Positions 1-11,041 of a stretch of DNA of 64,000 nucleotides are shown here, piece after piece. Numbering within the stretch: position 1 is the stretch's first letter; each line of letters opens with the position of its first letter. The stretch covers positions 1,054,001 to 1,118,000 of the forward strand of contig BQFW01000011.1 in NCBI GenBank assembly GCA_020891255.1. The letters are read 5' to 3'. The notes below the pieces were generated by a model. The model searched no databases. It saw only the letters and a program-made list of their open reading frames with translations, and was not told the DNA's origin. This stretch comes from Entomortierella parvispora E1425 (Eukaryota; Fungi; Mortierellomycota). The position numbers were made by a program, and so were the translations under genes.

Positions 1-66
1 TTGACACACCCTTCCAACGCATCCATCCAACCATCCATCCAACCATCCACGCTCCTTCCCCAAGGT

Positions 67-2132
67 ATCTCCCTACCTACCAGTCATCAAAGATACTTTC
101 TCGACGCCTTGCAAAGGTAGGCTTTACTCGCGCTACTTGCCTGGCTTCAATCCGATGTGAGGGAGCAGTACACTCGCACGGTTTCTGTCATAGCACCTCT
201 CTACCCTCTCTCTGCCCCCCTCGACCCTTTGACGTTGTTCATAGCTTATACGAACGCCGAAAAGACCCTCCAAGGCCTTCCTGCATCTACTCAACAGAAC
301 TTCAAGCTAGAACTCAACGAGTTACCTCCCGGTTGGCTCCTCACAAAGCTGGTGACACCCCTCGACAAGGGAGATAAATACAAGGTTACTACTGCCACAA
401 TCCAAGAGATGTCTAATCTGATAGCATACCTGGTGAATGATGCCTCGGACAAGAGTGCTAGCTCGAGCGAGTCCTTGATGGAAGGACGGAGGATACCAGA
501 TGCTACCAAGCTGGTGCCCGGTCAACCAAAAAAAACCCTTTGCCGTCGTATCTACACAGAGGATCGATCGTCACCAATGGGTCCCACGCCTACCTCTCAA
601 CTGTTGATCTCCGGATTCGGAAGCAACAACGATTTATCACAGAGATCTTCGAGGAGGAGGGGGGAGGGCTTGTCCTTTCCCCTGACTATCGCAAGCTGCT
701 ACCAAACTTATCACAGCCGTCCCTAACCCGGAATCACTGACGGCAATGCTTCCAGATACAACCAGGGTGGATATTGGCGCGATTAATCTTAGCCAGGAGT
801 TTACGGTGGGCTTTGCCTGCAAACGCTAAGACAATGGAGACTTTATCTACACGATCAGCGCAAAGACAAAGCAGTGTATCAACCGTCCAATCGACCCCGG
901 AGTGAAGTGAACAGATTGAAGAACAACACCATCATTGACAGCCCGGTTGGAGAAAGCGCCAAGTTAATCCCTCCACGTAAGTTCACTCCAGGAATGACCA
1001 CGACTGGTGAGGCTATAGCAATGTATGAAACAAAGCTAGAGTCGATGGACAACAACCCAAAGGGACGGATCCAGGAAAAGGTGACCCCAGAGTACTATTT
1101 ACTGTCGTCGTTCTACAACAAGGCCATCGACATCAAAAGAGTGAGGCACAAACGAGGCGTGCGACAACGGCAGAGCTAGACACTCTGACCAACCATATCC
1201 TAACAGCTATGGGGACACACCTGCGCGTGCAAGAGGATGGTCAGCCCAGACCGAGGGAAATGTCCAACACCACTTTGTGCCACGGGTAATTTTTTTCTTT
1301 CCTTGTTTTTTTTTTTTTTTTTTTTTGATCTGTCAAAGACCAGTCAACAAGAGACTAACAGTTCTTCCTCGATTCATGTCTACAACCATTACAACTGGGC
1401 CCGAAGACTTGGCTACATCATTGTTGTTTTGCCGGAGTATTATACCTCCCGCCGTTGCCCAAAGTGTCAGAGCACCGGCATCTCCGAGCAGGACTTTGTG
1501 GGCTATATAGGAATACGCCGTGCCCATTGTGTCCGCTGTGGGACATGGTTCCACCGGGATCTGCTTGCTGCTTCCAACATGGTCGTGGCGATCAGGTACT
1601 ACCCGGACCACCTCTCGCGCCCTGTCTACCTTTTGCCAATCACAAAGGACGAAAAGTTTGTCTTTGACTGAAGGCATGGACCCAACCTTCCACCGGGAAT
1701 GCCAGCCAACAAAATCATTCGCCATGGTGAATCTGCTGATCAGCCAGACATTGTCAATTCGAGCAGTTCAAGCGCACCACCACCACCACCACCGTCGCCG
1801 CCAGGTAAGGGGACTCTGCCGCTCATGCTTCTATAAGTTGCACAGACCATGTGCTGTTGAATGTCATCTTGACTGAAAGCTCACATTTTATTTTCTCAGG
1901 CACTCTGCAGACACCAAAGCTGAGCCGGAAGGATGCCCAGAAGCAGAGGCAAGCACAGACTCTGGCCCAGCTTGGCTCAGGGTCAGCTGCAGGGTCAAGC
2001 TCGACGCAAGCGCAGGCAGAGAGCCCTCCACCAAAGAAGCGACGCACTCGCCCTGCTGCAAAGAGAACGGCACCCCAGACGCTGACACGGATACCACAAG
2101 GATCATGGACAAGTTCATCTCTGAGTTCGTAA
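67..2132 (+). mobile_element. Degenerate Fanzor (TnpB-like RuvC/zinc-ribbon) gene, broken by frameshifts and stops; 5' part probably lies outside the window
   Basis: Motifs occur in TnpB/Fanzor order across frames: RuvC-I-like IGAINLSQEFTVG (773-811, Asp replaced by Asn); KAVYQP (~868-885); SFYN...RRATTAELDTLTNHIL (~1107-1200); RLGYIIVVLPEYYTSRRCPKC (RuvC-II Glu plus CxxC); CVRC; HRDLLAASNM (RuvC-III); RPVYLLP. In-frame stops at 118, 826 and 1669. Confidence 0.85.
1805..1899 (+). other. Spliceosomal intron in the Fanzor 3' tail
   Basis: G|GTAAGG donor at 1805 and TTTTCTCAG| acceptor at 1899. Removing it joins ...PPSPP-G to TLQTPKL... in frame. Confidence 0.65.
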
Positions 2133-3097
2133 ACGCACAGTCAGGCGCAGGCCCAGGCGTCATGGACACCAGAGCAAAGGTCGTTTCTTTCACCCACTCA
2201 GTCATCACAAAAACAAAGCTATGTAGCCATTGCAGCAGTGGGAGTGGCATAGGCACAGGCACGGCAAGGACCAGCATCGGCGTCAAGTTCACAAGCTCGT
2301 CCACGGATGCAACCCCAAATACGAAAGCAGACACAGAGTCAGCCACAGACCGGGGCACAGAGACCATCCATGCGGTTGCGGTCCTACGCAGAGTCAGTGC
2401 GGGGGAAGGCAAACCGAAGCAGGATCATCCACTGGAGGTGAGTGAATGGCCCTCACAATTATATCCATTCGTTATCTAAAACACGCGCCGACCATTTCTT
2501 TAACTGTCCGTCTCAACAGGTCCAATTCGCCCTAGCCATTCCATTCACCCGCAAGCAGGGCAGCAAACAGGCAAGTCCATCGGAGCGTTCAAAAAGCGAG
2601 ACCACTTTCTAACATGTATGTATATTCTTGTAGGTTTGGCCTTCTCGGCATAGCCCTCTACCCCATAGCCGGCCGCTACATCAGCCTCAGACTCAGTCTC
2701 AGCGTCATCTTCTGCACCCAGGCGACAGCAGCAGCAGCAGCAGCAAGGTAGATGCAACAACTACCTCGAGTCATCCAACGCACTTGAAGCTCACTGTCAC
2801 CATGGTGGACCTCTTTTCGCAATCATCGCAATTAAATCCAACAGCAGGATCAGCATCCTCACCCCTCAGCGATACTAACAAACTCGCGTTGTACTATAGC
2901 GTAGTAGATAAGAAAAAGATCTTGTTCGAAAGGCAAAGGCAAGCGACATGCTGCAAATCTTTCTAACACGTTGATCACATCGTGAACTGTGACTTTTGTG
3001 AATCATCGTGAAAACTAATCTAAGCCACCCTTGCCAAGTGGCGAAACCCTTTCTGAAGGTTGAGGCGTCTCTCTTCATTCTGGCATTATCATTTACC

Positions 3098-3827
3098 ATG
3101 GTATCATTCATTCCCATAATCGCTTTGATGCAAGCATTGCTCTGTTCTAATAACCTGGCAATCATGTTCTATTACTCTTTTCTGAACTTAGTCCTCCGCA
3201 AATTACAATTTACCCAATGACTGGGAGCTTCGCTGGTCTCGTTCGCGCAACCTCCCTTACTTTTACAACAGGATCACTTCTGAAGCACGCTGGCAAGCTC
3301 CAGAAGGCGTCAATCCCAGTGTTATCCTCGCTTTTCAAAAGGATTATGAAAGTCAGCACCAACATCAACAAGACGAACAGATCGGAGCGACAGCTCAGCA
3401 ATCGGAGGGTGTCAAGCGTGTCCGTGTCTCGCACCTGTTGGTGAAGCACTCAGAGTCGCGTCGTCCCAGCTCTTGGAGAGAGGTAAATTACGGAAGACTC
3501 GAGTCGCCCCAGTGCCTTTTGCAATGCTAATGATATAATGATCTGACCATTACCCCTTAGGTGACAATCACAAGAACAAAGGAAGAGGCCTTGAAGAGAC
3601 TGGAGGAATTTCAAGCAAAAATCAAAGCAGGCCAATCTACCTTGGCGGAGCTAGCCGCAACAGAGTCAGATTGCTCCTCTGCCAAAAAGTCGGGCGACTT
3701 GGGCTTCTTCGAACGTGGACAGATGCAGCCTCCATTTGAGAAGGCTTCGTTTGCTCTAAAGATCGGGGAGATGAGCACGCCTGTGTGGACAGAGTCTGGT
3801 GTTCATCTTATCTTGCGCACTGGTTAA
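3098..3827 (+). CDS. ESS1: Peptidyl-prolyl cis-trans isomerase Ess1/Pin1 (WW + parvulin), 3 exons
   Basis: Exons 3098-3100 (ATG), 3192-3482 and 3561-3827. WW domain ([17 protein letters not shown]...RWQAP), [45 protein letters not shown]. Confidence 0.93.
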
Positions 3828-4123
3828 GATGTCGCTCGGTAGCAATTATATTCGGCCCAATTGTTGCGTGGGGGTAGAGTAGCTTGCCTTCATTCATACG
3901 TCTTGACAGCTCGTTCTCGATCTTAATTGATAGGATATCTTTTTTAACGACTGACCGTCCAGAACACCTGCAAAAAAAAAAAAAAAAAAAAAAAAAAGCT
4001 ACTGTAGCCACTGATTCAGTGAACACGTCCATGTCTATGAGACCCAAAATGTCCCTTGGGACCCGATTACAGTAGATTCTTCCATTCCCAAATGGAAGAG
4101 GAGGAAGGGGGGGGGGGGCAAAA

Positions 4124-4195
4124 TGCTAACACCTGGAATCGAACCAGGATCGTCTCGGCCACAACGAGATATACTAACCATTATACTATGTTAGC
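4124..4195 (-). tRNA. tRNA-His (GTG)
   Basis: The reverse complement folds as a 72-nt cloverleaf GCTAACA...TGTTAGC-A with anticodon arm TCTCG-TTGTGGC-CGAGA, T-loop GGTTCGATTCC, and a TTTT terminator immediately after. Confidence 0.96.
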
Positions 4196-4253
4196 TTTTC
4201 AGTTATTTATTATCGATTATTAAGACTATTTTGAATACATGTACAGTCATACA

Positions 4254-4279
4254 ACATCACGTGAACTATCACGTGATGT
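4254..4279. promoter_or_regulatory. Palindromic double E-box (ACATCACGTGA-acta-TCACGTGATGT) between divergent tRNA genes
   Basis: Perfect 11-bp inverted repeat containing two TCACGTGA, centred in the 140-bp spacer between the tRNAs. Confidence 0.55.
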
Positions 4280-4335
4280 GATTCTCAATTATATTATATA
4301 TATGATTAATAAAATCAATTAATATCCGAAATTCA

Positions 4336-4407
4336 GCCCGCATAGCTCATTGGTAGAGCGTCTGCCTAGTAAGCAGAAGGTAGCAGGTTCGATCCCTGCT
4401 GTGGGCA
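4336..4407 (+). tRNA. tRNA-Thr (AGT)
   Basis: GCCCGCA...TGTGGGC-A, 72 nt, anticodon arm TCTGC-CTAGTAA-GCAGA, GGTTCGATCC T-loop, T-runs downstream. Confidence 0.96.
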
Positions 4408-5124
4408 TTCATCTTTTGTACTTTTCTTCTTTAGTTTTTTTCCGTGGCATAAGCCCCGGGTGTGGAATTCTGCCACGGAAAGACAGGAAGGATTTTTTTT
4501 TGTTTTACTCGGTCAAGAGTCTCCCGTCGACTATATTACTCTATTGAAGTGCCCATTCTCGATCAGGATCGCAAGGGGCGACATATAGTTGACGTGGAGG
4601 AAGATATACAGTCCTACTCCGTGTAGGTTTTATACGCCCTGGTTTGTGGTACCAGTAGATCTGGAATCGAGGAAAGAGTGGAGCGGCAGAGGAGGAAGAT
4701 ATTCGGGGTGGAGGAAGGCCAGCTTGGTCAATGGTCGATTTTTTTTTCTCTCTCCTGATGTTCGCTCTTCACTCACACACAAACTCCCCAAAAGACATCA
4801 TACAATGAATGAGGGCAGCAGTCAGCTCCCTGGTGATTTTGGCGCGCCTCCTTCCGGAGGCTCAGTTCGGGCTTTTAGCCCCTCACGCGCAGAGTACTTG
4901 GGGGACTCGGTTCAGGCTGACCCCACCCCCCCCACTCGAAAGACACCTGCGCTATTAAAGGCATAGATTTTCTCCATGGACGCACGCGCACACGTAGAAA
5001 AGGTAGGCGAAATCGTGCCAGACAATGCACTGTGCTTGGCCGCGACATGTGAAGTATTACTTGCACCAATTAGCATCGATGGAAAAAGACTTCGAACCAT
5101 ACTAATATTTTTATTCACTCCGTT

Positions 5125-8100
5125 TCATCGAGTGAGAACCAGTCGAACTGTCATTTCTAGGATACTCAGGGCCAGCCCAAGGTTCAGTTCTTTGATCTGA
5201 AACATTTCAAACACGTCAACCAAACCTCTCAGCACAGCCTCTTTGCCAAGGACTGTGACGAGGGAACCAGGAAGCATCATCTTGACCAACTCTCGAGCCT
5301 TATCTCTTGTTTCCTCACGATCTTTCAGTGTTCTTGTAGCAGGAGGAGAGGAAGGAGGCTCGCTGGTGCGTTCCGAATTCACTTGTGTTGAACGAGGTCC
5401 TGCAGCAGAGACTTTCACCGCAATACCATCAATGCCAACTTCGTAGTGTTCTCCACCGACTTGTAACACATCCTTTTCCATACACCCAGCCATGGAAGTT
5501 GGTGGAATGGAGGTCTGTGGGGATACTGTGGCAGGTGCGGGCCACACTTCATTTGGCCAAAAAAAATCGTCCTTCATCCAACGAACCATTTCCACTACCT
5601 TCTCATGGTTCGTAGTCTGTTCAACCCAGGCGGAAAAACTCTGATTAATCGCAACCCGGTATGACTTTCGAACCAATTCTCTGAGCATTCCAAACGTCAT
5701 GCGACGAATCGATTGACCTTTGGAGAAGTCCATCATGTCCTCAAGCACAGTGAAAGAGGTTTCGATCAGAAGGTCGAGTTCATCCGTTGAGAGAAACTTC
5801 GTCTTTGGCGTTTCCTTGGGCTTGAATACGGTTGGCGCTTCATGAACTGCTAGCGTCGATGTAGGATCAGTCTCGACAGCGGTTTTTGGCATTGTGGCTT
5901 TTGTTATCGATTCTTTAGAATCCTCGGAGGAAAGTCCTTCCGAGAGATCAGCGGTGTCATCTAGAGAGCTCGCAGATACCTTTTTAGCGACTGTGCGCCC
6001 CAAGACATCCTTTGCGCCTCGAGTATCACCAGAATTGGTCAAGGTGTTGTCGACGTAGGTAAGCTCGCTTGAGCCTGACTGGCGCACGTCGAAATTAAGG
6101 TCAAAATCCATAGAACGGGATGGGGCGAATGGCAGTTGATGGTCAGAGTGAGTCATGACGCTGCTGGAACTATTGACGCTTCGCACGCTATCAAAGGACC
6201 CTTTTGAGCGTTTCTCGTCCACAAGCTGTGGACTGGAGGCACCAAGGGATTTGAAAAATCGTCCAGCAGAAAGCGAGGCTTCGCTAGCCTGGCGCATGGC
6301 GGTTTTTGCTCCTTGGGCTGCTGCTTCTCCAAAGGACTTCGTTTGATCGGCTACCGGGGTGAGACTGGGCAAGAGACCTGGGAGCAAAACGTTACTCAAG
6401 CCTGGGGGTGTCGGCTCTTCCGTATTGCCATCAAACTCCTTACTGAGGAAGCAGCTCAGCTTGACAGAAGAGGCAACGTCGGGTATTGTCAGCATGGCTC
6501 TTAAGAACGCCTGAAGTCCGTTGCACACCTTGTCACTTGGCTGCAGCCTCCACCTTGGGAATGCAGTCCTCTGCACAACCGGGTATTGTTGAAGGAGAGC
6601 AAGCTGAAGCTGCTCCAATTGCTGGAAGGATCTCGTTACCATCCAGCCTTGTCCTCCTCGAGTCTGAATCTCAATCATGTAGCTGAGCTCCGAGTTGGTC
6701 ATCAGGGTCTTAGGTCTACGGTTCACAATATCCGTCATATGGATCGAATCAATAGCAGGCCTTGTGGTGTCAAGGCTGGCCTCCTGCTCTTGAACCAACG
6801 GGGACAGTAATCGAAGAGATGAGCTGCTGGACTTGGTAGGCGAAGGTTGGCTCGCTTGCATGCTGGCCTGTTTATGGATTTGATCAGACTGAAGAGTCGA
6901 TTTTTTCATCTCAAAAGGAGTCCAGTACTGAGCTTCCAGCACGTTCAAGGCCCAATCCTGCGCCTCATGGAAGCAGGTGGCTGGATCTGACTGAATACTG
7001 CTCCTCATATTCTTCAACAGGGCGCCTCCTTTTGCTTCGTGGATTCCTGCCACGTTCTGACGGATGTCGAGGCTACAAAAGCAGTCGTGAATGCTTTTAG
7101 CCTCTCTCCGAAGATCATCTGTATCGGACAGGGTACCCTGCTCAATTTGGCGATGAAAGATCTCCATCATTAGCCAAAACTGAGCGAGATCCATGGCATC
7201 CCAAAGTTGAAGGTATTCCATGAACTCTTGATATAAATCCATGTGAGCGTTTTTGTTAGTCAGCACCAGCTCCAAAGTGACCTTTTCAGGAATAAGCGGT
7301 CCTAGTTTGGATGTTTCTTGTAGGTCAAGGCCACCCGCCTCTCGGATTAGAGGCGCCGGCTGTGATTCAGACTGTGCCTTTTGTTGCCATTTCGGTGAGG
7401 CCGACGGCGTTTGGATTGTTTCCCGGAGACCATGATTCGACGCCTGCTTATCCAGAGTAGACTGGTCCATGAGTGTGGCAGCATTCATGAGAATCGAGTC
7501 CGCGAGACTGGTTATTGGCTCTTCCTTTGAAGTAGAGGTTGTATCCCTTGAGGAGGAAGCATCGGGTCCATTGATCTTGGATCCAGTGGTTCCAATAGTA
7601 GCTGTAGATGTTTCGGCAGGAGTGGAAAAGTAGTCGATAATTGACAGGTTGATAAAGTCGGGGTCACAGAGATGTTCTAGTGTCGTCTCGAGGACATGGG
7701 TCGCCATGATCTCCTGCATGACTGAAAACAAGGCAATGGACTGCTGGTCGTTCTTGGAAAGTAATGACTGACATATAGCTTTGGCTGTACTCCTGAATTG
7801 CTTCAATCTTTCATCTTTGTGGTAGCATCGTCCGATCACGGAGTCAGGGTTGGCATTTTCCTTGACATATTCCTCGATGGGCTGTCGGCTCGCACGTAGC
7901 TCTCGGTAGGCGCGCTAATTGAAGTATATGGTAAATGTTAGAGGTTCGGAGATAACGGCCTTTTGCTTTCTAGACCAATTCTTACCAGATGCACAATGAA
8001 ACTGTTTTGAAGCCCAAAAACCGCAAGGAGAGCTGTTTCTGGTAAGCGCACATTGGAAAATTTCTTGGACACGTTCATTGCCATGGTGACCAGCGACTTT

Positions 8101-8762
8101 CTGAGGGGGATATTATGATGTCCCTCAGAGGTCAGTCCTACAGGCACGTTTACAAAGTCGCGCAAAGTGAACGAGATCATATCCTCCACCAGTGGATCAA
8201 TATCAGGAGAAATGTCCACCTTGTCGTAGTTTTCATCCTTGACTTCGGTCAGGTGAATCCCGAAAGAGTGGTCGGCAGCCTTCAGTTCTTTGGCATCGGA
8301 CAACGACGGTAATCCGTCCACCATCTCGATATGTAAGCTCTTATACTGGCCCATCTTTGCAACTACAGACGCGCGTTTGAGTCGCGTATCCTCGGGAACA
8401 GCCAGAAGATAAAAAGCCACCATGAAGCCACCCAGACTCGCTCCAAGAATGGCTGCCAGAACTATGCCCCAGTTCAATGTGGACAGCCAAAGCCGAGAGA
8501 GTAAAAGGACAGTCGCAGCAAAGAGCGCCTGTTCTCCACGGGTTCTGCTATATAGCCAGTCCAACGCAAACTCAATGTCCAAGTTTCTCGCCATGTCACA
8601 ACTGTCGCGGATGGCTTGAGGGGGATTATGTACAGATGCAGAGGAATCAGCAGGCTCCATCGATTTGTCGCATGTTGCTGCAGGAATTGATGTAGGTTTC
8701 GTTGAGGCAGTGTCATCTTGCACATTGTCGCTCTTATTCACGACATCCAATCCCCAGACCAT
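5125..8762 (-). CDS. PXA-RGS-PX-Nexin_C sorting nexin (Mdm1/SNX13/14/25 family), 2 exons
   Basis: Exons 8762-7986 and 7914-5125 join in frame across a 71-nt GT-AG intron. N-terminal hydrophobic segments, PXA-like region (LRDFV...), RGS-like FMEYLQ...LAQFWL, PX-like VTRSFQQLEQLQ, Nexin_C-like C-terminus. Confidence 0.88.
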
Positions 8763-8914
8763 GGTGGTGGCTGCTACGGGCGAAATGTCACAGATGTTGG
8801 AAGGACGTTGCGTTGAGCAGGGGCGAGAGGGAGGGTGATGAAAGGGATGACAAAGGACAAAACGAATGAATGCATTGATGCGAGGGTGAAAGCGGACTTA
8901 ACGGAGCGCTCCTT

Positions 8915-8924
8915 TACACGTGAC
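8915..8924 (-). promoter_or_regulatory. GTCACGTG E-box upstream of the sorting nexin gene
   Basis: tacacgtgac on + (GTCACGTGTA on -), about 155 bp upstream of ATG 8762. Confidence 0.4.
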
Positions 8925-8963
8925 TTTTTATTGCATGTTGGAGGGGGACATAGCATGCGCCTA

Positions 8964-10772
8964 CTACGCGCCTTTCTTGGCAGAGAGGCCGGCCCTTCTG
9001 ACTGGCACAGATAGAGAAACAGAGTCCAAGGAAGGCGGCCACAAAATTGAGCTGAGGTTTTCTTTGACGCCCCGATCGTAGATATTCTCAATCTCCTTCA
9101 TCTTTGTGATAACGCGCTCCACGGCGGGTCGAGGAAGAGGCTGAGGGCGTTTCTGCTGATGTTGCTGCTGTAGTGATTGTTGTGAGGCTGAAGGTTCAAC
9201 GTAGCGTGGATGACTTGGGTGACGACGGTCCCGCTGTTCATATCGCTTTGGCCCCAACTGCGCACCATTCATATCTGTTTCTATCACCTCCACCAGCTCT
9301 CTTCTGTAAATCATTTCTCCAATGTCTTCCCATTTGAAGGATTCGTTGGTTGTTACCCCCGTTGCGATCAAGTACAGGTTGTAGATGAAAAAAATGAAGA
9401 TGACTAATCCCGCCAAAGATGCAAATATTGCAAGAGCCCCCAATGATTTGTCTGTTTGCATTTGATACTAGAAAAGCAAATGCAAGTAGTTCAAACGGAT
9501 CGTCAACAGAATTGTCATAATCAGTAGAATACGACAAATGAAGCGAGTGACTTACGAGGAATATGTGATACCCTCTGAGGAAACCTAGCTGTTCCCACTG
9601 GTTGGTCGCAACCAGGAACTTGTACATAGGCGAATCGTACATGCGAGAAGTGAAGACGTGATAAATCAAAAATGATCCGTACCAGCACACTTGAAAAGCG
9701 CTGTAAAGGAAGAGGATGAAGTATCGGTGATTGTTGTGTCCTACGCACTGGTTGATCCATCCGCCTATAGAACAAATGTCAGAAAATATGGTCAGTGGAC
9801 AGTGCCAAACGCAAAGTCGCATCTTAGAAACATCCGTGGTTGTTACAATGATGGTCCGATCTGGCAACACACATATTGCACAGCGAGCAGTGTTTGGAAC
9901 GAGCCGGCCTATAATGGATTTTGGAGTGTTTTTTAGCAAGGCAGGTTGTCAACTTCATTTAGGGCTCGAAAAGCAGACTAGATCACATACTTTTGAATTT
10001 TGCAAGTACCGCAGATTTTAGGATCGAATAGCAGATAGTCGTACGGGTATTTTTCCAGGGCGGCTTTTACATTGTGGGCATCAACTTTTCCCGGGCCAAC
10101 CGATGAAGCGACAAAGAAGCATACATACGTGAAGACGATCATAACAGGGATGATGACACTTAAAAATAAAGTGTTAGTGAGACTCATTCAAACGCAAAGC
10201 GGATCCATATCCTTCCCTGCACTCACTCGTGGTGGATCCAATGGAGATTAGTTTCCGCTAATAGGTCATAGCCGCAGTAGAGAAAGACACCAATACAGCC
10301 AGTAATGAAGAAGAGGTACAGAAGCTGCAGCGATGGATTCCTCTGTTCGGATAGATAAGACCAGCAGCCTCCAAATTTTGACAAGGAATTTTGGCCGCAG
10401 ATTTTGGTTATTGCCTTTCTAAGAGTGAGAAAGGGTCAGCGCTCCACGCGTTAGTTCATTCTCCTTGATATGAGTGTCGGCAAGTTCTGTCCATCTGAAT
10501 TACCCGAGGAATGTCCAGATAGTCTCCGTAATAAAAGTATGCAGTTTTCCAACAACACCATTCCTAAGATGTTGAACCAATAGCGGTTAATTGAGGGCTC
10601 GTGCCGATATCGCTTGTGTTGACCAGAGACGTACCTGAAGCGAGGACTTGGTCCAAACAGCAGCACAAAGACCAATAGTAGAATGAACGAGATGTAGATG
10701 GCGAGAATGGTGAGGATGCCCTGTAAATTGAATGTAACAACAGCCGCTACGGGCGGTCAGCCTAACCTGCAT
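8964..10772 (-). CDS. DHHC palmitoyltransferase (Swf1/ZDHHC4-like), multi-exon
   Basis: ATGCAG|GT first exon at 10772. Exons encode GILTILAIY...[61 protein letters not shown] and NIYDRG. Confidence 0.9.
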
Positions 10773-10950
10773 GAATGAACGCATTGAGGCTATAACCCTG
10801 CCGTTGATTCGCTGCACGAACTTGCCATGTTGAAGGTCGTGGTCGTGGGGCACGGATGTCGGCCAGTTCCTGAAGTCGTGTGGGGATGCGGAGAGAGCGA
10901 GCGCCCATTGCTTAAAGAGGAATGGCCACAGAGGGTGGCAGGCAGTGGTA

Positions 10951-10958
10951 GTCACGTG
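10951..10958 (+). promoter_or_regulatory. GTCACGTG E-box in the DHHC/QOR divergent promoter
   Basis: Exact motif between ATG 10772 (-) and ATG 11042 (+). Confidence 0.4.
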
Positions 10959-11041
10959 TGAGGCGCGTTCGGCGGGCAACTTCTGGCAAAGGTCTGCGCG
11001 AACAGCGACCTGCAGCTCTTGTCTCTTCTCCCACACAGAAC

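Noticed and set aside
721-729. CCCTAACCC telomere-like word
   Set aside because: Single 1.5-unit occurrence at an ORF stop inside the Fanzor relic; no array.
3101-3191. ESS1 intron 1 as a U12-type intron (GTATCATT...TTCTGAAC)
   Set aside because: Lacks the near-invariant GTATCC donor and the branch site is a poor match to TCCTTAAC; U2-type is simpler.
4448-4465. Minus-strand CCACACCCGGGGCTTAT resembling the RNase MRP/P 3' P4 strand
   Set aside because: No GAAAGTCCCC-type 5' partner at a suitable distance, and the motif sits inside a local hairpin.
4350-4547. 65-aa ORF (MVERLPSKQKVAGSIP...)
   Set aside because: It is a translation of the tRNA-Thr gene.
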